From: an uncultured Eubacteriales bacterium
GTDB lineage: Bacteria; Bacillota; Clostridia; Christensenellales; CAG-138
Assembly: GCA_900318765.1 (NCBI GenBank)
Contig: ONLX01000122.1
Location: forward strand, 1 to 63,307
Direction: 5' to 3'
Length of the DNA: 63,307 bases
Part shown: piece after piece, positions 34,865 to 41,686 of the stretch
Layout: each line of letters starts with the position of its first letter
Numbering within the stretch: the first letter of the stretch is position 1
Translations under genes and position numbers: made by a program
Notes under the pieces: generated by a model
What the model saw: the letters and a program-made list of their open reading frames with translations, nothing else
Database searches by the model: none
What the model was told of the DNA's origin: nothing

Positions 34865-35515
34865 TCACACATTCTTCCGTTTTTGAAAAAACCATCTCTT
34901 TTGCTCATTGCCCTTATCCGACTCCTGCGGCTCAATTTCGATCACGTACTTTTGAAACGCATTGATCACGCGTGTGCTTCCGATGCGGTGCAGCCGCTCC
35001 GCCCCATAGTTGAGATGCACATGTCCATGTACCAAATACTGCGGTTTCCATTGCTCGATCAAGGGCAGAAAGCACGCAAATCCCTGATGCGCATGATCGC
35101 TGATATCCTCGCATCCTTTCGGCGCGGCATGCGTCAGCACAATATCCACGCCGCCGGCTTTCTTGATTTTGTGCTGGACCTTTCGTATGCGCCGCGCCAT
35201 CTGACGCTCGGTATACTGATGCTTGGCCGGTCTGTATCGTACACAGCCACCAAGCCCGAGAATACGGATGCCACGGTAATTGATGACCGTATCTTCAATG
35301 CAATCGCACCCTTCCGGTGGATCGATGTCGTAAGCAGTGTCGTGATTCCCGTGCACAAACAGCACGGGAACGCGCGTCATCGTTACCAAAAAACGCAGGT
35401 ATTCGGCCTTGAGATCGCCTGCCGAGAGGATCAGATCATATTCGTTCAATCGCCCCGGAACATAATAATCCCAAAGAAACGGATCCTCGGTATCGGACAG
35501 GACGAGGATCTTCAT
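34865..35515 (-). CDS. calcineurin-like metallophosphoesterase
   Basis: 216 aa with motifs LVLSDTE, SAGD, VHGNHD, LTHAAP and VHGHVH. The start overlaps the stop of the upstream gene by 4 nt. Confidence 0.85.
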   Translation of the reverse strand: MKILVLSDTEDPFLWDYYVPGRLNEYDLILSAGDLKAEYLRFLVTMTRVPVLFVHGNHDTAYDIDPPEGCDCIEDTVINYRGIRILGLGGCVRYRPAKHQYTERQMARRIRKVQHKIKKAGGVDIVLTHAAPKGCEDISDHAHQGFACFLPLIEQWKPQYLVHGHVHLNYGAERLHRIGSTRVINAFQKYVIEIEPQESDKGNEQKRWFFQKRKNV

Positions 35516-37449
35516 AGCGTGACGTCAACTTTCTCGGGCGGAAGCGTATCGCGATAGATTCCTTCCAGCCGGACAATGTTCTGTGACATCGGCAGAATCT
35601 TCTCAAACGGCGGAATCTCGCCGTCGACGGCATCGCACAGCCAATCCATCCGAAGAATCTCCTCCGGAGAGAAGAGCCGCGTACCGTCCGAGCGCAGAAT
35701 GCCGTCCTGCGAAACGATGCGGCGGAAGAACGGGAACAGGCTCTCCTTGGAAAGCTCCCCTTTCAAAAGGTCCGCAAGTGTCCGAACGCCCTCGGGCAGA
35801 TCCTCCGCAAAGACGAGGTCGACTGCTCCGCTCTGCATCCCGAGCCAGTAATTAACGGCTTGCGCGGTACTGCGGAACGTACTGTCTACCCAATGTCCCT
35901 GCAGAATATCCATCAGCAGGCGAACGTAGATTTCGCCCCAGTTCCAAAACGGAGCGGCGAGCGCGTGGAGTGACCCGTCCGGCGCAATCTGATTCAGTCC
36001 CCAATGGTCCTGCGGCTGTGACGGAATCGGCAGGTCACGATTCGAAACCACATCCACGCCCTCCCGGATCAGCGCGGCCATCGGGTCCTCTTCGGAGCAG
36101 GACCAATGCAGATCGATCCGGGCCCGCGGATTCGTCATGCGCGCGCCGAGCGCAAACGCGTTGATGCCCGCCGGAACGCCGAAGGTCGGGGAAGACGCGA
36201 TATATCCGATGCGATCGGTTTTGGTCATCGCGCCGGCAATCGCTCCGGAGATGAACTTCGCCTCATAGATGCGGCTGTAATAGGTCCGCACACCCGGGAA
36301 CGGCATGATCACCGAGCAGTTCAGAATCTTGATCTGGGGATACGCGACCGCAGCCTTGCGGCAGGCGGCGATCAGCGAAGGAGTTGTGGCAAAGATTACG
36401 GTTGCGCCGTCCTCCACAGCCTCCTTAAAGCAGGCGTTTGCGTCGGTTTCCGGCGTGATGCGGTATGTCTTTGTCTTGACCTGATTGCCGAGCTTCTCCT
36501 CGGCATATTTTCGTCCCGCTTCATGGGCTGCGATCCAGTCGCTTTCTTCCGGATCATACTCATACAGAAACGCCGCCTGGATATCATCGGGCAGCAGCAC
36601 CGCATCCACGATTCGATCCAAAACCGACTTTTCGGGAGCAACGATCTGCGTCTCCACCGATACGGACGCCTCCGTCTCTGCAGCGGAAGCGGTAATTGCG
36701 GCCCGGATTTCCTCCGCCGACATAGCGCGCGCATCGTCGATGGAATACACGGAGAGAAAATGCAGGAAGGCATCGGACAGCGTCGTTCCTTTCAGCGATG
36801 CCGCTTCGGCTTCGTGGGAAAACCGCAGATACAGGCTCTGCACGGCCTGGCGCTCCTCCGGTGTCCAGACATGGTCACGCGTGAATCCGAGCGCCGCTAC
36901 AAACCGCGCATACCGGCCCGGCTGATCGAACCGGATCGCGTACAGCTTGCTTTTGTGGAAATAATCGAGAAATTCGTAATAAACGCGAGTCGCTTCATCC
37001 TCGCTCCATGCGGGAACGATCCGCAAAACGGAGGCCATCACCGTCGCCGCGCCGAAATACTTCAGCACGCTGACGCGTTTGTTGCCTTCCTGAATATAAA
37101 AATCGCCGCGATATTCATAGCAGCGAATCGGATCACGGATCCCTGTATCGCCGAGATGATCGTTGCACAAACTGATCCATTTCATGCCGAACTCGGTATT
37201 CTCCTCGAGCAACGGCATAAAATCCGCGCTGAACGCAGTGCGGCGACCCGCATTTGCGGTACCAACGATGCGATCGATCGGAATTTCAAACAAACCGAGT
37301 TCCACACGCCCCGCAATCTTGCGGTCGGCGATCAGCTCATCCAATACCTTCGGGTACGGCGAAACACCTTTTTTGAGATCGTCATGATACCGTTTGAGAC
37401 CCTGCTTTCGCGCAGTGCGATACTCGGCAGTGGCGTCGTTCAATTTCAT
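35512..37449 (-). CDS. cytoplasmic fusion protein: N-terminal ParB/sulfiredoxin-like domain plus C-terminal BMP-family (PnrA-like nucleoside-binding) domain
   Basis: 645 aa with no signal peptide or lipobox. The N-terminus FEIPIDRIVGT...GIRDPIRCYEYRGDFYIQEGNKRVSVLKYFGA follows the ParB N-domain pattern, with GNKR in place of GERR. The C-terminus YSRIYEAKFISGAIAGAMTKTDRIGYIASSPTFGVPAGINAFALGAR is BMP-like. Confidence 0.65.
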   Translation of the reverse strand: MKLNDATAEYRTARKQGLKRYHDDLKKGVSPYPKVLDELIADRKIAGRVELGLFEIPIDRIVGTANAGRRTAFSADFMPLLEENTEFGMKWISLCNDHLGDTGIRDPIRCYEYRGDFYIQEGNKRVSVLKYFGAATVMASVLRIVPAWSEDEATRVYYEFLDYFHKSKLYAIRFDQPGRYARFVAALGFTRDHVWTPEERQAVQSLYLRFSHEAEAASLKGTTLSDAFLHFLSVYSIDDARAMSAEEIRAAITASAAETEASVSVETQIVAPEKSVLDRIVDAVLLPDDIQAAFLYEYDPEESDWIAAHEAGRKYAEEKLGNQVKTKTYRITPETDANACFKEAVEDGATVIFATTPSLIAACRKAAVAYPQIKILNCSVIMPFPGVRTYYSRIYEAKFISGAIAGAMTKTDRIGYIASSPTFGVPAGINAFALGARMTNPRARIDLHWSCSEEDPMAALIREGVDVVSNRDLPIPSQPQDHWGLNQIAPDGSLHALAAPFWNWGEIYVRLLMDILQGHWVDSTFRSTAQAVNYWLGMQSGAVDLVFAEDLPEGVRTLADLLKGELSKESLFPFFRRIVSQDGILRSDGTRLFSPEEILRMDWLCDAVDGEIPPFEKILPMSQNIVRLEGIYRDTLPPEKVDVTL

Positions 37450-37495
37450 ATCCTATCTCCTGTCATGGCGGGAAAGCACCCGCTCTTTTGATTTG

Positions 37496-37524
37496 AGATT
37501 ATCACCCGTTTCGATGCGTGTCAA
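37496..37524 (-). promoter_or_regulatory. sigma-A-type promoter of the ParB/Srx-BMP operon
   Basis: On the minus strand, TTGACA (37524-37519), a 17-nt spacer, then TAATCT (37501-37496). Confidence 0.55.
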
Positions 37525-37598
37525 GCGGTTTTCGAACGAAATCACAGCAAGTTTTCCGCAATTGTGCATTGTTTTTACAGAGCGGGAAAACCGCTTGA
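37521..37598. repeat. perfect 13-bp inverted repeat overlapping both divergent -35 boxes
   Basis: TCAAGCGGTTTTC (37521-37533) and GAAAACCGCTTGA (37586-37598) are exact reverse complements, 52 nt apart. Each ends 4 nt into a -35 hexamer. Confidence 0.8.
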
Positions 37599-37624
37599 AA
37601 CAACCCGGCCGAATATGCTATGAT
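37595..37624 (+). promoter_or_regulatory. sigma-A-type promoter of the MtnA-like gene
   Basis: TTGAAA (37595-37600), an 18-nt spacer, then TATGAT (37619-37624). Confidence 0.55.
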
Positions 37625-37649
37625 AGAAGAAAAATGAGGAGTATGCAAG

Positions 37650-38714
37650 ATGGAACGAGCAGATCGGGATCTGGCTTTTATGCTGCAATATGAAAACATC
37701 GCATGGTTCGCGGATGGATCGGTGAAAATTCTTGATCGCCGCTGTTATCCGCGCAAGATTGAGTTTGTAACCTGCACGCATTACACCGAAGTTGCCAAAG
37801 CCGTGACCGATATGGTCACACAGAGCGCAGGTCCCTACACAGCAGCGGCGATGGGAATGGCGCTTGCCGCTTACGAATGCCGCAACGAGTCGGAAGCGAA
37901 ACAGCGTCTCTTTTTGCAGCAAGCCGCTGACTGCATCACCAACGCGCGGCCTACAACGGCAAAACGCATGGGACAGATCTGCAAGACGATGCTCTCCGCC
38001 GCCGAAGCGGCATGGGATTCGGGCAGCAACGTTTCCGAGGCGATCCGATCCCGCGCCATCGAAGCAAACAACGCGCGCTACCGTAAGATCGAAACGATGG
38101 CGCATGATCTGGTCGAGCGGATTCCGGACGGCGGAACCATCATGACGCAGTGCTTTGCCGAGACGATTGTCGGGATGATGCTGAAAGAAGCAAAGCGCAC
38201 CGGCAAAACGTTCCGGATCTTCTGTCCCGAAACGCGTCCGTATTTTCAGGGCGCCCGGCTCACGGCAACCGTCTGCTACGAAATGGGGTTCGACGTAACC
38301 GTCATTACCGACAATATGCCTGCCTTTGTGCTGAAGAATGAGCATGTCGACCTGTTCACATCCGCGGCGGATGCGATCTGCATGGACGGCAGCGTCATCA
38401 ACAAAGTCGGCACGTTCCAGATCGCGATTGTTTGCAACTATCTCGGCATCCCGTACTACGTTACCGGCGCACCCGACCTCGTGCATCCGTCGGCAAACGA
38501 CGTGAAAATCGAATTCCGGAATCCGGAGTTTGTTTTGCAGGCGATGGGCGTCCGCACCGCCCGGGATGGTGTGAAGGGCTATTATCCGGCGTTTGATGTA
38601 ACCCCGCCGGAGCTTGTCACCGGTGTCGTGACGGATCGCGGTGTCTTTGACCCACATGAATTGAATCGCTACGCAGCTCTCGGCGGTTCGGGCGAATATG
38701 AGGTCGTCGTCTGA
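37650..38714 (+). CDS. eIF-2B alpha/beta/delta-family sugar-phosphate isomerase (MtnA-like, divergent)
   Basis: 354 aa with SD GAGGAG. Family motifs CPETRPYFQGARLTA and SAADAICMDGSVINKVGTFQIAIVCNYLGIPYYVTGAP. The N-terminal substrate-loop region (TQSAGPYTAAAMG) differs from the Gly/Ala-rich segment I recall in canonical MtnA. Confidence 0.7.
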   Translation: MERADRDLAFMLQYENIAWFADGSVKILDRRCYPRKIEFVTCTHYTEVAKAVTDMVTQSAGPYTAAAMGMALAAYECRNESEAKQRLFLQQAADCITNARPTTAKRMGQICKTMLSAAEAAWDSGSNVSEAIRSRAIEANNARYRKIETMAHDLVERIPDGGTIMTQCFAETIVGMMLKEAKRTGKTFRIFCPETRPYFQGARLTATVCYEMGFDVTVITDNMPAFVLKNEHVDLFTSAADAICMDGSVINKVGTFQIAIVCNYLGIPYYVTGAPDLVHPSANDVKIEFRNPEFVLQAMGVRTARDGVKGYYPAFDVTPPELVTGVVTDRGVFDPHELNRYAALGGSGEYEVVV

Positions 38715-38730
38715 CCGGACATACAGAACG

Positions 38731-38759
38731 AAAAACGAACCGCGGAAGCGGTTCGTTTT
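38731..38759. terminator. bidirectional intrinsic terminator
   Basis: AAAAACGAACCGC-GGAA-GCGGUUCGUUUU (38731-38759), between convergent genes. Confidence 0.85.
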
Positions 38760-38771
38760 GCATTTGGTTTA

Positions 38772-40259
38772 TTATCTCTTGTGTTTTCTTTGACGTCCGA
38801 CCAGCAATACCATTCCGATGATACAGCCGGCAATCACAATCGCCCCGCCGATGATGACCGCCCAAAGTGGGAACGCCTGCGTGCCTTGACCGGGCTGAAT
38901 CGGCGCATCCGTTGCTATCGGTTCGGTTGTAACGGACGGCGGCACGGGTGTATCGGTCGGCGCTGCAGAGGGCGCAGCGGTCGGTTCCGGCGTTTGGGTC
39001 GGCTCAGCCGTCGGCTCCGCAGTGGGTTCTGCCGTGGGAGCGGGCGTGATCTCCGGTCCTCGCATCCGAATCATATAGGTTACGGATTTGCTGCCGATAT
39101 GGAACGTCAATGTCGTACTGTCAAACGCGCCGTCTTCCGGAGGATTAAGCAGCGTTACCGCCAAAGCAAGTGTCTTTCCGGCTGCGCCGGACGCACTCTT
39201 GGTGTTCTTGACCGTTGCGGACTTATACTTGGCATCCACGCCCTTCTCGAGCACGACGAACTCCGTATCCGAAAGCGTCGCCGTCCAATCGGTATCGGCC
39301 GAAATAATCAGCGTATAGGAATCGCCCGCGAACGCATCGTCGTCCAACGTCAGCGTGTTGCCCGAAAGGTGATCGTTCCGAACCTTCAGAACAGGTTCGG
39401 GCGTTGCCGTCGGTTTTGCGGTAGGCGTTGCCGTCGGTTTCGCGGTGGGCGTCGGGGTCGGATCGCTCGGCTTGGTCTGGCTGATCGTATAGGTCTTGGT
39501 CTCATCTCCGACATAAATCTTCATCTCGACCGAGGACTTGCTCCCCTTTTCCGCCGGAGTATCCAATTTGATTGCAAACACAAGCGTTTTTGCCTCATCG
39601 CCGGTTACACGCGTATCGCCCTCAACGCTCGCGAATTCTCCGCCGGTATACCCCGTCGGCGTTGTGAAGCGTACGTAATCGGCCTGATCGAGATCTGCCG
39701 ACCATGCAAGATCGGACTTGATCAGAACGATGATTTCTTCACCCTTCTTTGCAGACGAATCAAACGAAATTGTGCTGCCGTCCAGAGCGGAGCACTTCAG
39801 TTCGAACTTCGGCGCGGGAGCGGTCAATCGAATCTCGTATGTCGTTGTTTCCTCACCGACCGTGAACGTCAGCTTCTCGGTTGACGTTTTGCCCGCTTTC
39901 GGAACAGACTCCACCCGGATTGTCAGATAGGTCGATTCGTTTGCCAAGCCGGAGGCTTCCTTTGTATTGTTCACCGTTGCGGGAACCAAGCGCGAGCCCA
40001 CAAGCATTTCCTCCGAAAACTGAACGAACTTATCGCTTTCGAGCTCCGCTTTCCAATCCTGCGTCGAATCGACGGTAAGCAGGTACAGATCGTCCACCGC
40101 CGCGCTCTCCTTCAATTTCAGAACGCCGTCTTTCAGATCGTCCCCCTTGACGTCGAATCCGTCGATTTTTGTCGCGTCCGCCAAGGCGGTCGTTCCTGCA
40201 AACGGAATTGCGGCGAGTAGCAACAACGCTGCAACTGCCAAAATCCACCCCTTCTTCAT
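38772..40259 (-). CDS. cell-surface protein: signal peptide, 3 related beta-rich modules of about 110 aa, PT linkers and a C-terminal TM anchor
   Basis: 495 aa. Signal MKKGWILAVAALLLLAAIPFAGTTALA. Repeated module signature S(D/T)xDW(K/S/T)AxLxxxxFV. Linkers TPTAKPTATPTAKPTATP and TAEPTAEPTAEPT. C-terminus FPLWAVIIGGAIVIAGCIIGMVLLVGRQRKHKR. SD AAGGAGG. Confidence 0.7.
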   Translation of the reverse strand: MKKGWILAVAALLLLAAIPFAGTTALADATKIDGFDVKGDDLKDGVLKLKESAAVDDLYLLTVDSTQDWKAELESDKFVQFSEEMLVGSRLVPATVNNTKEASGLANESTYLTIRVESVPKAGKTSTEKLTFTVGEETTTYEIRLTAPAPKFELKCSALDGSTISFDSSAKKGEEIIVLIKSDLAWSADLDQADYVRFTTPTGYTGGEFASVEGDTRVTGDEAKTLVFAIKLDTPAEKGSKSSVEMKIYVGDETKTYTISQTKPSDPTPTPTAKPTATPTAKPTATPEPVLKVRNDHLSGNTLTLDDDAFAGDSYTLIISADTDWTATLSDTEFVVLEKGVDAKYKSATVKNTKSASGAAGKTLALAVTLLNPPEDGAFDSTTLTFHIGSKSVTYMIRMRGPEITPAPTAEPTAEPTAEPTQTPEPTAAPSAAPTDTPVPPSVTTEPIATDAPIQPGQGTQAFPLWAVIIGGAIVIAGCIIGMVLLVGRQRKHKR

Positions 40260-40271
40260 AGGTCCCTCCTT

Positions 40272-40296
40272 AAAGTCCGGTGACGCACCGGACTTT
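40272..40296 (-). promoter_or_regulatory. 11-bp stem-loop abutting the SD of the surface-protein gene
   Basis: AAAGUCCGGUG-cgu-CACCGGACUUU on the mRNA, immediately followed by AAGGAGG (40271-40265) and the ATG at 40259. Confidence 0.4.
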
Positions 40297-40348
40297 CCTT
40301 TTCTGATGCAATCTTATCCAAAGAAACGAATCCTGTCAATCCGTTTGC

Positions 40349-40375
40349 AAAAAAAAGAAAGCCGGAGACCGGCTT
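40349..40375 (-). terminator. intrinsic terminator after the ferredoxin gene
   Basis: AAGCCGG (40359-40365) pairs with CCGGCUU (40369-40375), followed on the minus strand by UCUUUUUUUU. Confidence 0.75.
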
Positions 40376-40397
40376 ACTTTTTGTCAGGATAAAAAAC

Positions 40398-40571
40398 TCA
40401 GTCGTCCGAAGACGGTGCACCGACGGGGCAAACCTCTGCGCAATTGCCGCAATCGATGCAGGTATCGGGATCGATCACATACTGGGTATCGCCCTCGGAA
40501 ATTGCTTCTACCGGGCACTCTGCCGCACATGCGCCGCACTGAATACATTCATCGGAAATCTTATATGCCAT
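40398..40571 (-). CDS. 2x[4Fe-4S] clostridial-type ferredoxin (57 aa, below the ORF-track cutoff)
   Basis: Own translation: MAYKISDECIQCGACAAECPVEAISEGDTQYVIDPDTCIDCGNCAEVCPVGAPSSDD. Two CxxCxxCxxxCP motifs. SD AGGAGGA. Confidence 0.92.
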   Translation of the reverse strand: MAYKISDECIQCGACAAECPVEAISEGDTQYVIDPDTCIDCGNCAEVCPVGAPSSDD

Positions 40572-40610
40572 CGTTCAATCCTCCTATATGATTCCAAATT
40601 GATCGATTTC

Positions 40611-40638
40611 ATTATAACACGTCAAAGGCAAATTGCAA
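40611..40638 (-). promoter_or_regulatory. sigma-A-type promoter of the ferredoxin gene
   Basis: On the minus strand, TTGCAA (40638-40633), a 16-nt spacer, then TATAAT (40616-40611). Confidence 0.55.
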
Positions 40639-40837
40639 CACGATTCGATAAAGTTCACAAACAGTTAGAGCATTCTATCTTTTCTCGTAAACGTAAGAAT
40701 CGGTGCAAGTTTTGTCCGTTCCGTTCGAGCTTTGTCACGCCTCTTTTTATCGACAATTCCCGCATGGTATGCTCTCCAAAACGCGTGATGAAAAAGGGGG
40801 GTGACCCAAAACGCCGTATTCCTTTCAACAGGGGCTG

Positions 40838-41647
40838 TTGCAGATTCCGCCCAAAAGAGATCCCGAACGGCGGCTCGTTTTGCTGCCGATCCAATCCATC
40901 TACCCGAACCCCGCGCAGCCGCGCCGGTCCTTTGACCGGGAAGCGCTCTCGGAGCTGATGATGAGCATTGCGCAGGTCGGGCTGATCCAACCGCTGACCG
41001 TGCGAAAGCAGGACAGCGGATACGAGCTGATTTCCGGCGAACGACGGCTGCGGGCGTGCCGCGCGCTCGGTATGACCGAGGTGCCCTGCATCGTCACCGA
41101 AGCGTCGGAAGAACGCAGCGCCTACATGGCGCTGATTGAGAACATTCAGCGAAACGATCTGCATTTTCTCGATGAAGCGGAAAGCTACCATAATCTGCTG
41201 CACACGTACGATCTTTCGCAAGAGCAGCTTGCGACGCGTATCGGAAAAAGTCAATCGTTTCTCTCCAACAAACTCCGGCTGCTGCGCTTGCCGAAAGCGA
41301 TGCGTTCCCGCATCCGCGAAACCGGGCTGTCCGAGCGCCATGCACGTGCGCTCCTGGGTCTCGGCGATGAGGAAACGCAGTGGCGCGCACTCGATCAGAT
41401 CCTCAAGGGAGATCTGAACGTGAAACAGACCGAGGAGCTCGTCGCCCGCATCCGCGAGAAGCAAAAACGGAAGCCGCTGCACGTCGTCCGGCTGCCGGCC
41501 GACTGCCGGCTCTTTCTGAACAGCGTCAAAACCTGTCTGGATCGACTTGAGGAAAGCGGGATGAAAACAGCAATGGAGGAGCAGCGCCACGCGGACGGGT
41601 TCGATCTGATCATCCGCGTCCGACTGAAAAATCCCACGTTGTTCTGA
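40838..41647 (+). CDS. ParB/Spo0J/Noc-family protein (orphan, no adjacent ParA)
   Basis: 269 aa. LPIQSIYPNPAQPRRSFDREAL, GLIQPLTVRK...YELISGERRLRACRALG (ParB box II / CTP-binding motif) and HTH SQEQLATRIGKSQSFLSNKLRLLRLP. Only a TTG start (40838) is available, after the in-frame TGA at 40802, so the start is uncertain. Confidence 0.75.
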   Translation: MQIPPKRDPERRLVLLPIQSIYPNPAQPRRSFDREALSELMMSIAQVGLIQPLTVRKQDSGYELISGERRLRACRALGMTEVPCIVTEASEERSAYMALIENIQRNDLHFLDEAESYHNLLHTYDLSQEQLATRIGKSQSFLSNKLRLLRLPKAMRSRIRETGLSERHARALLGLGDEETQWRALDQILKGDLNVKQTEELVARIREKQKRKPLHVVRLPADCRLFLNSVKTCLDRLEESGMKTAMEEQRHADGFDLIIRVRLKNPTLF

Positions 41648-41650
41648 CGA

Positions 41651-41676
41651 AAAAAGCTCCCCCGCAGGGAGCTTTT
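41651..41676. terminator. bidirectional intrinsic terminator
   Basis: AAAAAGCUCCC-CCGCA-GGGAGCUUUU (41651-41676), between convergent genes. Confidence 0.8.
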
Positions 41677-41686
41677 GAATGGTCGA

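Noticed and set aside
37600-37650. Looked for a SAM, MTA or other riboswitch upstream of the MtnA-like gene.
   Set aside because: The predicted 5' UTR is only about 20-25 nt, from the -10 at 37619-37624 to the ATG at 37650, so there is no room for an aptamer.
39397-39470. Short GC-rich tandem-like DNA repeats here, and at 38985-39030, 26800-26885 and 49760-49830, considered as a CRISPR array or VNTR.
   Set aside because: They lie inside long ORFs and translate in-frame to Pro/Thr/Ala/Glu linker peptides. There are no unique spacers of constant length and no cas genes.
40788-40840. Possible frameshift at the A5G6 homopolymer (40791-40801) joining ATG 40788 (MKKGG...) to the ParB-like frame.
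   Set aside because: I tested a +1 and a -1 change by hand. Adding a G runs into TGA at once, and removing a G enters the third frame, which is not the ParB frame. The 40599-40958 ORF product has no ParB-like features. The TTG start is retained with low confidence.
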